Part shown: positions 1 through 10,693 of the stretch, piece after piece
Layout of the letters: every line of letters starts with the position of its first letter
Numbering within the stretch: position 1 is the stretch's first letter
Source of the DNA: an uncultured Gemmatimonadaceae bacterium
GTDB lineage: Bacteria > Gemmatimonadota > Gemmatimonadetes > Gemmatimonadales > Gemmatimonadaceae
Length of the DNA: 64,000 bases
Assembly: GCA_963716745.1 (NCBI GenBank)
Contig: OY970320.1
Span: 3,008,001 to 3,072,000, forward strand
Reading direction: 5' to 3'
Made by a program: the position numbers and the translations under genes
The notes under the pieces: generated by a model
Database searches by the model: none
Told to the model about the DNA's origin: nothing
Seen by the model: the letters and a program-made list of their open reading frames with translations, nothing else

Positions 1-2
1 TC

Positions 3-755
3 GCGCCGCGCCTCGCGACGCGATTCACCGTGATCGCGCCCGACTTGCCGGGGCACGGATTCACCACCGCGCCGCGCACCGACTTGCTCTCACTCGACGG
101 CATCGCCAAGGAGGTCGGCGTCCTGCTCGATGCGCTCGGCGTCACGCCGGTGGCCGGCGTCGCGCACGCCGCGGGCATGGCGGTGCTGCTGCGCCTCGCG
201 CTCGACCGGAGCGTGCCCTTTAAGACATTGGTGGGGATCAACGCGGCGCTCACGCCGCCGCGCCGCCAGATGTGGACGCTGCTCGCGCCAGCCGCTCAAG
301 TCTCGTCGCGGAACTCCTTCGTGGACGGACTCGGCACCGAGATGGCGACCGCTTCGCTCGAGGATTCGCTGCTGCGCTCCACGGGATCGTACCTGTCCCC
401 GGAACAGGCGGCGCTCTACGGGGGATTCCTGCGCTCGCGCCGCCACATGGGCGCCGTGACGACGATGTTCGCGAACTGGGATTCGGTGACGCTCCAGCGC
501 GATCTCGCGAAGCTGACGACACCCGTCACGCTCGCCGTGGCGCTCAACGATCCGTGGGTGCCGCCGCGCAGCGCCGACCGCCTCGCCGGCGCCTTCCCGC
601 GCGCGCGCCTCGTCGAGATCGGCGACTGCGGGCATTTGGCGCATGAGGAGAAGCCGGGGCTTGTTGAGACGGTGATCGTCGAGTCTGCGCAGAGGGAGGG
701 TGTGTTGCCCCGCTCGTCCCGCGAGTCGACACTGCAGACTGAGACGTTAGACTGA
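3..755 (+). CDS. alpha/beta-fold hydrolase, BchO-like (5' end outside window)
   Basis: VIAPDLPGHGFT motif, nucleophile-elbow region AHAAG, C-terminal GHLAHEE; frame open from base 3 (APRLATRFTV...). Confidence 0.8.
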   Translation, partial: APRLATRFTVIAPDLPGHGFTTAPRTDLLSLDGIAKEVGVLLDALGVTPVAGVAHAAGMAVLLRLALDRSVPFKTLVGINAALTPPRRQMWTLLAPAAQVSSRNSFVDGLGTEMATASLEDSLLRSTGSYLSPEQAALYGGFLRSRRHMGAVTTMFANWDSVTLQRDLAKLTTPVTLAVALNDPWVPPRSADRLAGAFPRARLVEIGDCGHLAHEEKPGLVETVIVESAQREGVLPRSSRESTLQTETLD

Positions 756-816
756 GACTTAAGACTACGGTCTCAAGTCGCATTCTAGCGTCTAGGTCTA
801 GCGTCTAGGTCTGCAG
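732..816. repeat. palindromic element copy 1 (CTGCAG termini, TAGAC/TGAGAC sub-repeats)
   Basis: CTGCAGACTGAGACGTTAGAC...GTCTAGCGTCTAGGTCTGCAG; related copies at 3358 and 5991. Confidence 0.85.
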
Positions 817-2061
817 TCATTCGTACCTCAGCGCCTCCACCGGATCGAGCCGCGCCGCCCTGATCGCGGGATAGATCCCGAATGTCACGCCGATCAGGAT
901 GCTCACGAAGACGGCGATGAGCGTGATCCCCACGGGCGGGCGGGCGCTCACGCCCATGAGCGACGTTACGCCCATCCCGAAACTCAGTCCGATCACGATG
1001 CCGATCGCGCCGCCGATGCCGGTGAGCGTCGCGGCCTCCAGCAGGAACTGGAACAGGATGTCGGCACGGCGCGCACCGAGCGCTTTGCGCACGCCGATCT
1101 CTCTCGTGCGGTCGGTGACCGAGACCATCATGATCGCCATCACACCGATCCCGCCCACGAGCAGCCCCACGCCGGAGAGCCCGATCATCACGCCGTAGAA
1201 CACGCCGGTGAGTTTCTTGAATACATCGAGGATCTGATCCTGCGTGATGAAATCGAAGGTATTGGGTTCACCGGGACGGAGGTGGCGCATGTTGCGCATC
1301 GCGACCATCACGGCGTCCTGCGCATCTTCCGCGCTCACGGATTTCTTGGGCTTCACGCCGATGAACAGCGCGTTCGTCTTGTCCATGTGATAGGCGTGAT
1401 CGGCGAAGCGGAACGGCACCACGCCGCCCACCTCCTGGCCCGGCGGCGCGAACACGTTATCCGCCTCCTGCAACACGCCGATCACCGTGACGGGGCGCGT
1501 GAGCACCTTCATCGACTTGCCGATCGGATCCTGCTGACCGAACAGCTTGTTCGCGAACTTCTCGGTGATCACGAACACCGGCGCGCCGCTCGACATCTCC
1601 GAGCGGCTGAACCACCGCCCCTTGATCAATTCGCCGCCCTGGATCTCGCTGTACCGGTCGTCGGCGGCGAAAATGGTAAGGGCCTGCGAGCGATTCGACT
1701 GGAACTCCAGCTTGCCGAAGAGCTGCGCCCAGATCGCGGCATACTCGATCTCCGGCAGCTGCGCGACGCGCTGGGCTTCCGCCTCCACGAGATCGGGGCG
1801 GATGCGCACGTACTTCGGCAGGCGGTCGGGATTGAGCGGCGTCTGGGAGAAGATCTTCATCACGTAGAACGTGGTGGGCCCCGCGATCTCGATCGTGTTG
1901 ATGATCTGGTCGCTGATGCCCTCCACGATCGAGGCCATCGTCATGACGGTGGACACGCCGATCACCACGCCGAGGATGGTGAGGGCCGAGCGCAGCTTGT
2001 TGGCGCGCAGCGTGTCGAGTGCGATCGCGACGTTCTCGCGGATCGCTTCGCCGAGTCTCAT
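817..2061 (-). CDS. ABC transporter permease, MacB/FtsX family (pair 3, second gene)
   Basis: MRLGEAIRENVAIALDTLRANKLRSALTILG...SVTDRTREIGVRKALGA...LDPVEALRYE; ATGA overlap with upstream stop. Confidence 0.9.
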   Translation of the reverse strand: MRLGEAIRENVAIALDTLRANKLRSALTILGVVIGVSTVMTMASIVEGISDQIINTIEIAGPTTFYVMKIFSQTPLNPDRLPKYVRIRPDLVEAEAQRVAQLPEIEYAAIWAQLFGKLEFQSNRSQALTIFAADDRYSEIQGGELIKGRWFSRSEMSSGAPVFVITEKFANKLFGQQDPIGKSMKVLTRPVTVIGVLQEADNVFAPPGQEVGGVVPFRFADHAYHMDKTNALFIGVKPKKSVSAEDAQDAVMVAMRNMRHLRPGEPNTFDFITQDQILDVFKKLTGVFYGVMIGLSGVGLLVGGIGVMAIMMVSVTDRTREIGVRKALGARRADILFQFLLEAATLTGIGGAIGIVIGLSFGMGVTSLMGVSARPPVGITLIAVFVSILIGVTFGIYPAIRAARLDPVEALRYE

Positions 2062-3300
2062 TCGGCGCGCATCGCGGCGATCGGATCGAGCTTGGACGCC
2101 CGGTCCGCGGGGAAGATGCCGAAGATGATCCCGACGCCCGCGCCGAGCGCGAGCGCGAGGAATACCGACCACGGCGTGACCCGCGCCGGCAGCGGCGTGA
2201 TCAAGGTGACGCCCGCGGCGAGCACCGCGCCGGCGATCACGCCGATCGCACCGCCGAGCACCGACAGCATGACCGCCTCGGCCAGGAATTGCTTGCGGAT
2301 GTCGCGGCGCGTCGCGCCCACCGACTTCCGGATGCCGATCTCGCGCGTGCGCTCGGTGACCGACATCAGCATGATGTTCATGATCACGATGCCGCCCACG
2401 ACGATCCCGATCGCGACCACCGCGGGGATCACGCTGAAGAGCACGCTGGTGAGGCTCTTCCAGAACGCCACGAGCGCATCGGCCGTCTCCACGGAGAAAT
2501 CGTTCTCCTGCGCTGGGCGCAGCCGGTGCGCGAGACGCATCGCCTCCTCGGCGCGCGCCATGCCGTCGGCCACATCGTCGGCTTCGCGCATCTTCACGCG
2601 ACACCGTGGTGGTCTTCCGCTTGCCGAAGAGCATCTCGAACTGCGGGAGCGGCAGCAGCACGAAGCCGTCGAAGGTCTGTCCGAGCACGCGGCCTTTGCG
2701 CGCGATCACGCCGATCACGGTGAACTGCTGCCCCATGATGCGGATCGTCTGCCCCACGGGCTCGACGTTCTCGAACAGCTTCTCCGCGACGTCGGCGCCG
2801 ACCACGACCACCGGGCGTTTCTGGTCGAGGTCCAGCCGCTCGAGCGGGCGGCCGCTTTCGAAGCGATAGTCCTGCACCACCTGGTACTCGGGGGTGATCC
2901 CGAACATGAGCACGTCGCCGAGCGTGCGGTCGCCCCAGACGACGTCGGCCTGCGGCGTGGGCCAGCCGCTCTGGATGCTGATCGCTTCGGCGTCGGGGAT
3001 GGCGGCGCGCACGATCTCCGCGTCGGCGAGCGTGATGCGCGGCCGCTTTGCGACGAGCCGCATCGCGTCCTCGTCGTAGAGGCCCACGCGGATGGGCGTG
3101 CGCCGCACCTGGAAGGTGTTGGTGCCGATCATCGCGCCGGCGATACTCTCCTTCACGTACGCGTTCATGCCCTGGATGATCGCGACGACCGCGACCAGGA
3201 ACGCGACCGAGACGATGATCCCGAGGAGCGTGAAGAAGGTGCGCAGCTTGCTGCCGCGGATCTGGCCGAACGCGAGGATCAGGACGTCGAGGAACTGCAT
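2058..3300 (-). CDS. ABC transporter permease, MacB/FtsX family (pair 3, first gene), frameshift near 2599
   Basis: MQFLDVLILAFGQIRGSKLRTFFTLLG joins ORF 2058..2597 ([13 protein letters not shown]...LDPIAAMRAE) after one extra base. Confidence 0.88.
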
Positions 3301-3306
3301 TCCCTG

Positions 3307-3312
3307 AATCTA
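3307..3312 (-). promoter_or_regulatory. candidate -10 box, leaderless arrangement
   Basis: minus strand TAGATT-CAGGGA-ATG places +1 on the A of the start codon. Confidence 0.4.
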
Positions 3313-3357
3313 GCGGTGATTCGAGTGTGGCGCGCCGCGGCGTGGCTTCGAGTCCAA

Positions 3358-3447
3358 CTGCAGACTTAGACCTTAGACCTAGACGTTAGAATGCGAACGC
3401 GCGAGTAGACGCTTTCTAACGTCTAGGTCTAGCGCCTAGGGCTGCAG
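3358..3447. repeat. palindromic element copy 2
   Basis: CTGCAGACTTAGACCTTAGACCTAGACGTTAGA...TCTAACGTCTAGGTCTAGCGCCTAGGGCTGCAG, abutting stop at 3448. Confidence 0.85.
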
Positions 3448-4713
3448 TCATTCGTACCGCAGCGCCTCGACCGGGTCCAAGCGGCTCGCCCGCAGCGCCG
3501 GCACCATGCCGAAGATCACGCCCGTCACGGCGGCGCCCATGAGGGCGGCGACGACGGCGCCGGGCGGGACGCTCGCGGGAATGGGCGTCAACTTATTGAT
3601 CCCTACCGCGATGCCGCCGCCGATGATCAGGCCGGTGCTGGCGCCGATCGTGGTGAGCGTCGCGGCCTCCACCAGGAACTGCCAGAGGATCGTGCCGCGC
3701 GTGGCGCCGAGTGCTTTGCGCACGCCGATCTCACGCGTGCGCTCGGTGACGGAGATCATCATGATCGCCACCACGCCCACGCCGCCTACCAACAGGCCTA
3801 CGGAGGCGAGTCCGATCATGAACACGAAGAACGTGCCGGTGAACTGATTGAAGCTCTGCAGCAGCTTGTCCTGGCCGACGATCGCGAAATTGTTGATCGC
3901 GGCGGGACGGAGGCCGCGCATGCCGCGCAGCGCCGCGGTCACGTCATCCATCGCATCGTCGCGCGCCACGCCGTCGGCCGGCCGGATGGTCAGGTCGAGG
4001 CCGCGGATCCACAGATCGAGATACTTGTGCCCGGTCTGGAAGGCGACCTTCGCCTGCGGGCGGTCGGCGTCCTGTTCCGTGGGGGTGCCGAAGAATCCGA
4101 CCGAGCTGTGGTACACGCCGATCACGTTGAACGGCACGCCGTCCGCGAAGATCACCTTGCCGATCGGGCTCGACTCGCCGAAGAGCTGCTCCGCCATCTT
4201 GTCGTTGACGATCATGACGCGCGTGCCGGCCGCCGCTTCGGATGGCGTGAAATTGCGCCCCGGCTCGATCGTGCCGCCGTCCACGTCGGCCCAGTTCGCC
4301 GTGTACGCATCGACGCCGGCGCCCTTGAGCTCGCGGTCCTTGTATTTGAACGACGCCGAGCCGTTCATGTGCGCGGTCACGACATCGATCGTCGGCAGCG
4401 TCTGGAGCCGCTCGGCCTCGCGCAGCGTGATCGGCGGGTTGTGGCGGGACGGGCAGGTCTCGTCGGATCCGTCGCAGTTCGAGAAGAAATCGGCGCGGCG
4501 GAAGACGAAGAAGCTATTGGGGCCGACCGACGCGATGTCCGACTCGACCGACGCCTGGAACCCGTGGACCGCGGCCGCCATCGCCGTCACGACGAACACG
4601 CCCACCGCCACGCCCATGATCGTGAGGAACGCGCGCACCTTGTTCGTACGCAGCGCCTCGAGCGCGATGTTGATCCCCTCGACGGTGGAGTAGAGGCGGT
4701 CGGAGATGCTCAT
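3448..4713 (-). CDS. ABC transporter permease, MacB/FtsX family (pair 2, second gene)
   Basis: intact 421 aa ORF; ALRTNKVRAFLT, SVTERTREIGVRKALGA, LDPVEALRYE. Confidence 0.92.
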   Translation of the reverse strand: MSISDRLYSTVEGINIALEALRTNKVRAFLTIMGVAVGVFVVTAMAAAVHGFQASVESDIASVGPNSFFVFRRADFFSNCDGSDETCPSRHNPPITLREAERLQTLPTIDVVTAHMNGSASFKYKDRELKGAGVDAYTANWADVDGGTIEPGRNFTPSEAAAGTRVMIVNDKMAEQLFGESSPIGKVIFADGVPFNVIGVYHSSVGFFGTPTEQDADRPQAKVAFQTGHKYLDLWIRGLDLTIRPADGVARDDAMDDVTAALRGMRGLRPAAINNFAIVGQDKLLQSFNQFTGTFFVFMIGLASVGLLVGGVGVVAIMMISVTERTREIGVRKALGATRGTILWQFLVEAATLTTIGASTGLIIGGGIAVGINKLTPIPASVPPGAVVAALMGAAVTGVIFGMVPALRASRLDPVEALRYE

Positions 4714-4714
4714 G

Positions 4715-5960
4715 CTATTCCTGCCTCATGGCCGCGACGGGATCGAGCCGCGCCGCGCGCGACGCGGGATACACGCCCGCCACGACACCGGTGACCGTGC
4801 CGACGAACACGCCGAGGGCGAGTGACCAGAGGGTGACGTCCATCGGCAGCGAGAAGGCGACGCGCAGGATCGCGGCGATCCCGATGCCGAGCGAGACGCC
4901 GATCGCGGCGCCCACGGTGCTCAGCGTCGCGGACTCGGCAAGGAATTGGCGCAGGATGTCGCGGCGGCGCGCGCCGAGCGCCTTGCGCACGCCGATCTCG
5001 CGCGTGCGCTCGGCGACGGCCACGAGCATGATGTTCATGATCACCATGGCGCCCACGACGAGTCCGACGCCCGGGATCACGACGCCAGCGATGGTCATGA
5101 TGCTCTTGATCTTGTCCCAGAACGCGAGCGCCGCCTGTGACGTGAACATCACGAAGTTGTCGGGCTGCCCCGGGTGCAACTTGCGACGCCCGCGCATCGT
5201 CGCGCGCACCTGCTCCATTACATCCTTCATCTGCGACACCGACGCGCTCTGGATGAGGATCGTCGCGAGCACGCCGGGCGGCTGTGTGAGCCGGCGGCCG
5301 GGCGACTTGAGCGGCACCACGGCGAACTTGTCGAGGCGACTGGCCGAAGACGCTGCCCTGGGGCAGCGCGACGCCCACGACGGTGTAGTTGATCCCGCCG
5401 ATCTTGAGCTCGCGGCCCAGTGGATCGAGGTTCGGGAAGAAGTGCGTCGCGACGTCGTTGCCGATGACCGTCACGAGCGAGCCGTGATCGAGTTCCTGCG
5501 GCGCGATCACGCGCCCCTTCGCGATGTCGATGCGCTGGATGGAGAAGAAGTCGCCCGACACGGCGAAGAGCTGCGCCTGCCGCCGCCGCGCGTACTGCGA
5601 CTCCATGTACTGCTGCCACTGGGTGTTCCGCACGGCCCACTTCGTGCCGTCAGGAAGCCCGTCCACCACCGGATGGATGTCGGCGTCGCGCAGGTACGGG
5701 CGTCGCGTCCACTCCTTCCACTCGGCGTCGGTGACATTGCCGAGATTGATGCTCGGGAAGCGGCGCAGCTCGAAGGTGTTCACCCCCATCAGCTTGCCGA
5801 CGAAATCCTCTTCCATGTAGCGGCCCATGCCCTGCACGATCGTGATCACCGCCACAAGGAACATGACGCCGATCATGACGCCGAGCAGGGTAAAGAAGCT
5901 CTTGAGCTTCTGCACCCGGATCTGTTGGAGCGCGAGTTTGATGGCGTCGAGGAAGTGCAT
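4715..5960 (-). CDS. ABC transporter permease, MacB/FtsX family (pair 2, first gene), frameshift near 5340
   Basis: [27 protein letters not shown] plus ORF 4715..5320 ([17 protein letters not shown]...LDPVAAMRQE). Confidence 0.88.
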
Positions 5961-5990
5961 TCTACAGTCCGGGGTTCACTGTTATTTCTA

Positions 5991-6050
5991 CTGCAGACCT
6001 AGACGCTAGACCTAGACGTTAGAGGGCGACTCCAGAGTCTCAGTCTGTAG
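5991..6050. repeat. palindromic element copy 3 (shortened, inverted relative to copy 1)
   Basis: CTGCAGACCTAGACGCTAGACCTAGACGTTAGA...AGTCTCAGTCTGTAG, abutting stop at 6051. Confidence 0.85.
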
Positions 6051-7320
6051 TTATTCGTATCTCAGCGCTTCCACGGGATCGAGGCGTGCGGCGCGGATCG
6101 CGGGGATCATGCCGAAGGCGATGCCGGTGAGCGCGCTGGCCAAGAGCGCCAGGACGATCGCGATCGGCGGGATGCTCGCTTCGATGGGGGTCAATGCGCG
6201 TACGACCGCGGAGAGCGCGCCGCCAGTGACGAGTCCGACGATGGCGCCCACGCTCGTCATCGTCGCGGCCTCCACCAGGAACTGCCAGAGGATCAGGCCT
6301 CGCGTCGCGCCAAGCGCCTTGCGCACGCCGATCTCGCGCGTGCGCTCGGTGACGGAGATCATCATGATCGCCACGACGCCGACGCCGCCCACCATGCAGG
6401 CCGATCGCCGAGAGCCCGATCATGACCCAGGCGATCGTGCCGATGATCTTGTTGTAGAGCTCGAGCACCTTCTCCTGCGAGCTGACGAAGAAGGTGTTGG
6501 TCTGCCACGGGCGCAGCGTCCGGTGCGTCCGCAGCACCGCCACGGCGTCATCCATCGCCTCGTCCTGCGCCACGCCATCGCGCGGCTTCACGGTGAGATC
6601 GAGCCAACGCACGCCCACATCCAGGCGGCGGCGCGCGGTCTCGAACGGAATGATCAGCTTCCCGCTTGGACCCCGCGTCGAAGATGTTCGGGCTCGGGTG
6701 ATACACGCCGATCACCAGGAACGGCTTGCCATCCACCGAGATCGACTTGCCGACGGCTTCGGCTCCCGCGAACAGCCGGCCCTTCAGATTGTCGTCGATC
6801 AGGGTGACCTGCGCCGCGCTGGAATTCTCGTTCTCGGTGAAGCTGCGCCCCGGGCTGATGTCGCCGCCAGTCCACGTCGGTCCAGCCCGGGTGTACAGGC
6901 CTCCACCTGTGCGCCGGGCAGTGAGCGGTCCTTGTACTTGACGGACGAGGACGTATTCACGTGCGCGATGACGCCCTTGATCGTGGGCTCCTTCGCGATC
7001 TCGGTCGCCTCCGCGACCGTGAGCGGCTGATAGCGGATCCACGGGCAGGTCTCCGCGCCGCTGCAATTGTTCACGGCGATCGGCCACTTCGTGATGTAGA
7101 ACGTCGTGGGGCCGGCCGCCGCGAACCCTTTCTCGACGCCAGCGTTGATGCCGTGCACCGCCGCGCTCATCGTCGTCACGACGAACACGCCGATCGCGAT
7201 GCCCATGACGGTGAGGGCCGAGCGTACCTTGTTCGCCCACATGCCTTCGAAGGCGATGCGAATGCCCTCGCCGAGCGCGCTCGCGATCTCGAGCAGGTAG
7301 CTGCGGCATGCCGGGGCCAT
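6051..7320 (-). CDS. ABC transporter permease, MacB/FtsX family (pair 1, second gene), several frameshifts
   Basis: fragments GMWANKVRSALT (6799..7320), middle pieces, and SVTERTREIG...LDPVEALRYE (6051..6395). Confidence 0.8.
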
Positions 7321-8580
7321 CAGTCGGACCTCAGCGCGACGATCGGGTCAAGTCGCGCGGCCTTCATGGCCGGCAGCGTGCCGGCGACGATGCCGACACC
7401 CGCGCCCACGACCACCGAGAGAACAACACTCCACGGCGCGACCGAGGTCGGCAACCCGAACGTCGTGACGAGGAGCGAAATGCCGAAGCCGAACGCGATC
7501 CCGATCAGCGATCCGACGACGCTCAGCGTGGACGATTCCACAAGGAACTGCCAGAGGATGTCGCGTCGCCGCGCGCCGAGCGCCTTGCGGATGCCGATCT
7601 CCCGCGTCCGCTCCGCAACCGCCACGAGCATGATGTTCATGATGACCATCGCGCCCACGACGAGGCCGATCGCGGGGAGCGCGATGCCGGCCTTCACGAG
7701 CACTTGTTTGATCTTGTCCCACGCCGAGAAGGCCGACTGCGTGGTCTCGAGCACGAAATTGTCCGGCCTCGCCCGGGCGCAGATGCCGCCGCCGGCGCAT
7801 GATCTCGCGCACGGTGCGTCTGCAGCTCGGGCATCGACTGCTCGTACGGCGCCTGCACGACGATGCCCGCAATGTCGCGGTGCGACAGCGTCACGCGATT
7901 CATCACGCTGTGGAAGGGGCCGAATATCTGGTTGTCGAAGTTGAAGCCGAGCGACGTGCCTTGCTTCTCCATCACGCCGACCACGCGGAACTCGTACCCT
8001 TCGAGCTTGATGATCCGGTCGATCGGGTCGATGTTCGGGAAGATACGTCTTCGCGACATCGGTGCCGATGACGACCACCGGCGACGCCCAGCGCATCCTC
8101 CTGTTCGGAGAAGAGCCGGCCCTTCTCGACGCCGATGTCCTTGATGGTGAAATAGCCCGGCGGTCACGGCCTCGGCCGAGCACGCTGCCGCCGCTGCGCG
8201 TGTAGTCGGTCTGAGGCGTGCACGTCGCGCGCATCCTGGATGGCCCAGTCGCGCATCGGCGGGCAGGCCCGGCGCGGATCGCGTCGGCGTCGGCTGCGGT
8301 GATGCGCGGCCGCTGCTGCCACGCGCGCCACTCCGCCTCCGTGACATCGCCCATGCCGATGTTCGGCATGCGCCGCACGTTGAAGGTGTTCACACCGAGG
8401 AATTTCCCGGCGAAGTCCACTTCGATCTTCTTGTTCAGCCCTTCGACGATCGAGACCACCGCGATCAGGAACATCACGCCGATGATGACGCCGAGTCAGC
8501 GTGAAGAAGCTCTTCAGCTTCTGCACGCGGATCTGTTGCAGCGCGAGGATGATCGCGTCGAAGAGCTGCATGGCGCTCAC
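7320..8580 (-). CDS. ABC transporter permease, MacB/FtsX family (pair 1, first gene), several frameshifts
   Basis: [25 protein letters not shown] start; [17 protein letters not shown]...[10 protein letters not shown] end; pieces in three frames. Confidence 0.8.
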
Positions 8581-9374
8581 ACGCCCACCGTGCGCGCGAT
8601 GAACTTGGCCTGGTTCTCGTCCGACGCCACGCGCCCGTCGCGCAGCTGGATCACGCGCTTGGCGTGCCGCGCGATGTCGGGTTCGTGCGTGACCATGATG
8701 ACCGTCTGGCCGCCCTGCGCCAGCCCTTCGAACACGCGCATGATCTCCTCGCTCGTGGTGGAGTCGAGGTTACCCGTCGGTTCGTCGGCCAGCAGGATCG
8801 CCGGCCGGTTCACGAGCGCGCGCGCGATCGCGACGCGCTGCCGCTGGCCGCCCGAGAGTTCGTTCGGGCGATGGTCCATGCGGTCGGCCAATTGCACGCG
8901 CTCGAGCGCCTCCGCGGCGCGGCGCTTTCGCTCCGCGCTCGGGACGCCGGCGTACACGAGCGGCAGCTCCACGTTCGCGAGTGCGCTCGCACGCGGGAGC
9001 AGGTTGAACGTCTGGAAGACGAACCCGATCTCCCGGTTCCGCACGTGCGCCAGATCGTCGTCCGCCATCGTAGAAACGAGCTCGCCGTTGAGCCAATACT
9101 CGCCGCCGCTCGGCGTATCGAGGCAACCGATGAGGTTCATGAGCGTGGATTTCCCGGAGCCCGAAGGGCCCATGATTGCCACGTACTCGTTGCGGCGGAT
9201 CGCGAGGTCCACGCCGCGGAGCGCGCGCACCACTTCACCGCCCATGTCGTAATCGCGCGAGATGTTCCGCGTCACGATCACCCACTCCTTGCTGGGCGCC
9301 GCACCGGCGGTGCCGGTGACGACTTCCCGCTCGGAGGTGGTGCTGAGCCCGTACTCTCCGGTGTTCGGGCTCAC
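8577..9374 (-). CDS. ABC transporter ATP-binding protein, MacB/LolD-like
   Basis: Walker [14 protein letters not shown] signature, [16 protein letters not shown]. Confidence 0.95.
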   Translation of the reverse strand: MSPNTGEYGLSTTSEREVVTGTAGAAPSKEWVIVTRNISRDYDMGGEVVRALRGVDLAIRRNEYVAIMGPSGSGKSTLMNLIGCLDTPSGGEYWLNGELVSTMADDDLAHVRNREIGFVFQTFNLLPRASALANVELPLVYAGVPSAERKRRAAEALERVQLADRMDHRPNELSGGQRQRVAIARALVNRPAILLADEPTGNLDSTTSEEIMRVFEGLAQGGQTVIMVTHEPDIARHAKRVIQLRDGRVASDENQAKFIARTVGV

Positions 9375-10678
9375 GATTTGGCCACCGCGGCCGCGGGCTT
9401 CTTCACGTTGCTCGTCGTATCCTTCTTGATCTCTCTCACCACCGTGCCCTCCTTCAGTTCGCGGATCGCCTGGAAGCTGCCGGAGACGATCGTCTCCCCT
9501 TCCTGGAGGCCGCTGAGCACTTCGAAGTACTCTTCACCGGCGATCCCGATCTTTACGGGCCGGAACGCCACTTTGTTGTCCTTTCCGACGACGAAGACGC
9601 CTTCGACATCGCGCTTGCCCACGTCCTTCGCGGCCTTCTTGCCGAGCACCACCGCCGCGGAGTCCTTGTTCTCGTTCTTCTCGTGCTCGCGCACGGTGAG
9701 CGCGATGATGGGAATGCTCATCACGTTCGTGCGCGTGTCGGTGATGATCTTGGCCGTGGCCGAATAGTCCGGCCGCGTGTCGCGCGGCGGATTGAGCAGC
9801 TGCACCTTCACCGAGTAGTCCACCGCCTGATCGCCGGACGTGGAGCTCGCGGTGCCCGACGCCACGAGCGCGGAGTTGGAGATCTCCACGACCTTGCCGC
9901 GGAAGGTGGTGTCGGGGAACGCATCGATCTCGATCGTGGCGGAATCGCCCACGGAAATGCGCGCGACGTCGGTCTCATCGACCTTCACCTTCGTCTCGAG
10001 CATGCTCATGTCGCTGATCGTGAGCAGCAGCGCCTGGTCCTTGCTGAAGGTGCCGGGGACCGCGGTCTCGCCCTGTTCCACCGCGAGTCGCGTGATCTTG
10101 CCGCTCATTGGGGCGTTGATGGTGGTCTTGGCGAGCAGCGACTGTGCGTTCGCGAGCGCGGCGGTCGCCTGGTCGATCGAATGCTTCGCCGACTCATAGA
10201 GCGCCTGGTTCACATCCACCGTGGTGCTCAGCTGCTCCATCTGTTCGGCCGACACGAGCGTCGAATTCGTCTTCGAGATCTCCTGCGACCGGCTGAGGGC
10301 GCTCTTCGACTGGTCGAGATTCGCTTTCGAGCGCGCCAGGTCGGCGCGCGCGGCGGCCACCGCGGCCTGGTTGCGCTGCACATCGGCCTGGTAGGTGGAG
10401 GGGTCGATCTGCAGGAGGAACTGCCCCTTCTTCACCATGTCGCCCTCCTTCACGGCAAGGCGCAGGATGCGGCCGCTGACATCGGACGCGACGTCCACCT
10501 TGACGTGCGGCTGCACCTGGCCGCTCGCGGTGACGGAAGCGATCAGATCGCGCTTACCGACCTTCTCCTCGCGCACCACGGTACCCTGGTTGCCGCCCTT
10601 CTGCACCGCGAATCCGACTGCGCCGGCCACGATGACGACGAGGACGCCGAGGACGATCCATTTCTTTCGCTTGGTCAT
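9371..10678 (-). CDS. efflux periplasmic adaptor (membrane fusion protein, MacA-like)
   Basis: N-terminal TM anchor, lipoyl halves ([20 protein letters not shown]), helical hairpin, VDETDV. Confidence 0.92.
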   Translation of the reverse strand: MTKRKKWIVLGVLVVIVAGAVGFAVQKGGNQGTVVREEKVGKRDLIASVTASGQVQPHVKVDVASDVSGRILRLAVKEGDMVKKGQFLLQIDPSTYQADVQRNQAAVAAARADLARSKANLDQSKSALSRSQEISKTNSTLVSAEQMEQLSTTVDVNQALYESAKHSIDQATAALANAQSLLAKTTINAPMSGKITRLAVEQGETAVPGTFSKDQALLLTISDMSMLETKVKVDETDVARISVGDSATIEIDAFPDTTFRGKVVEISNSALVASGTASSTSGDQAVDYSVKVQLLNPPRDTRPDYSATAKIITDTRTNVMSIPIIALTVREHEKNENKDSAAVVLGKKAAKDVGKRDVEGVFVVGKDNKVAFRPVKIGIAGEEYFEVLSGLQEGETIVSGSFQAIRELKEGTVVREIKKDTTSNVKKPAAAVAKS

Positions 10679-10693
10679 TTGTGTGAGCCCTGG

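Noticed and set aside
817..3300. 827 aa double-permease fusion ORF
   Set aside because: One extra base near 2599 shifts the first gene into the frame of the second; the middle is out-of-frame Arg-rich text and a proper stop/ATGA junction exists at 2058-2061
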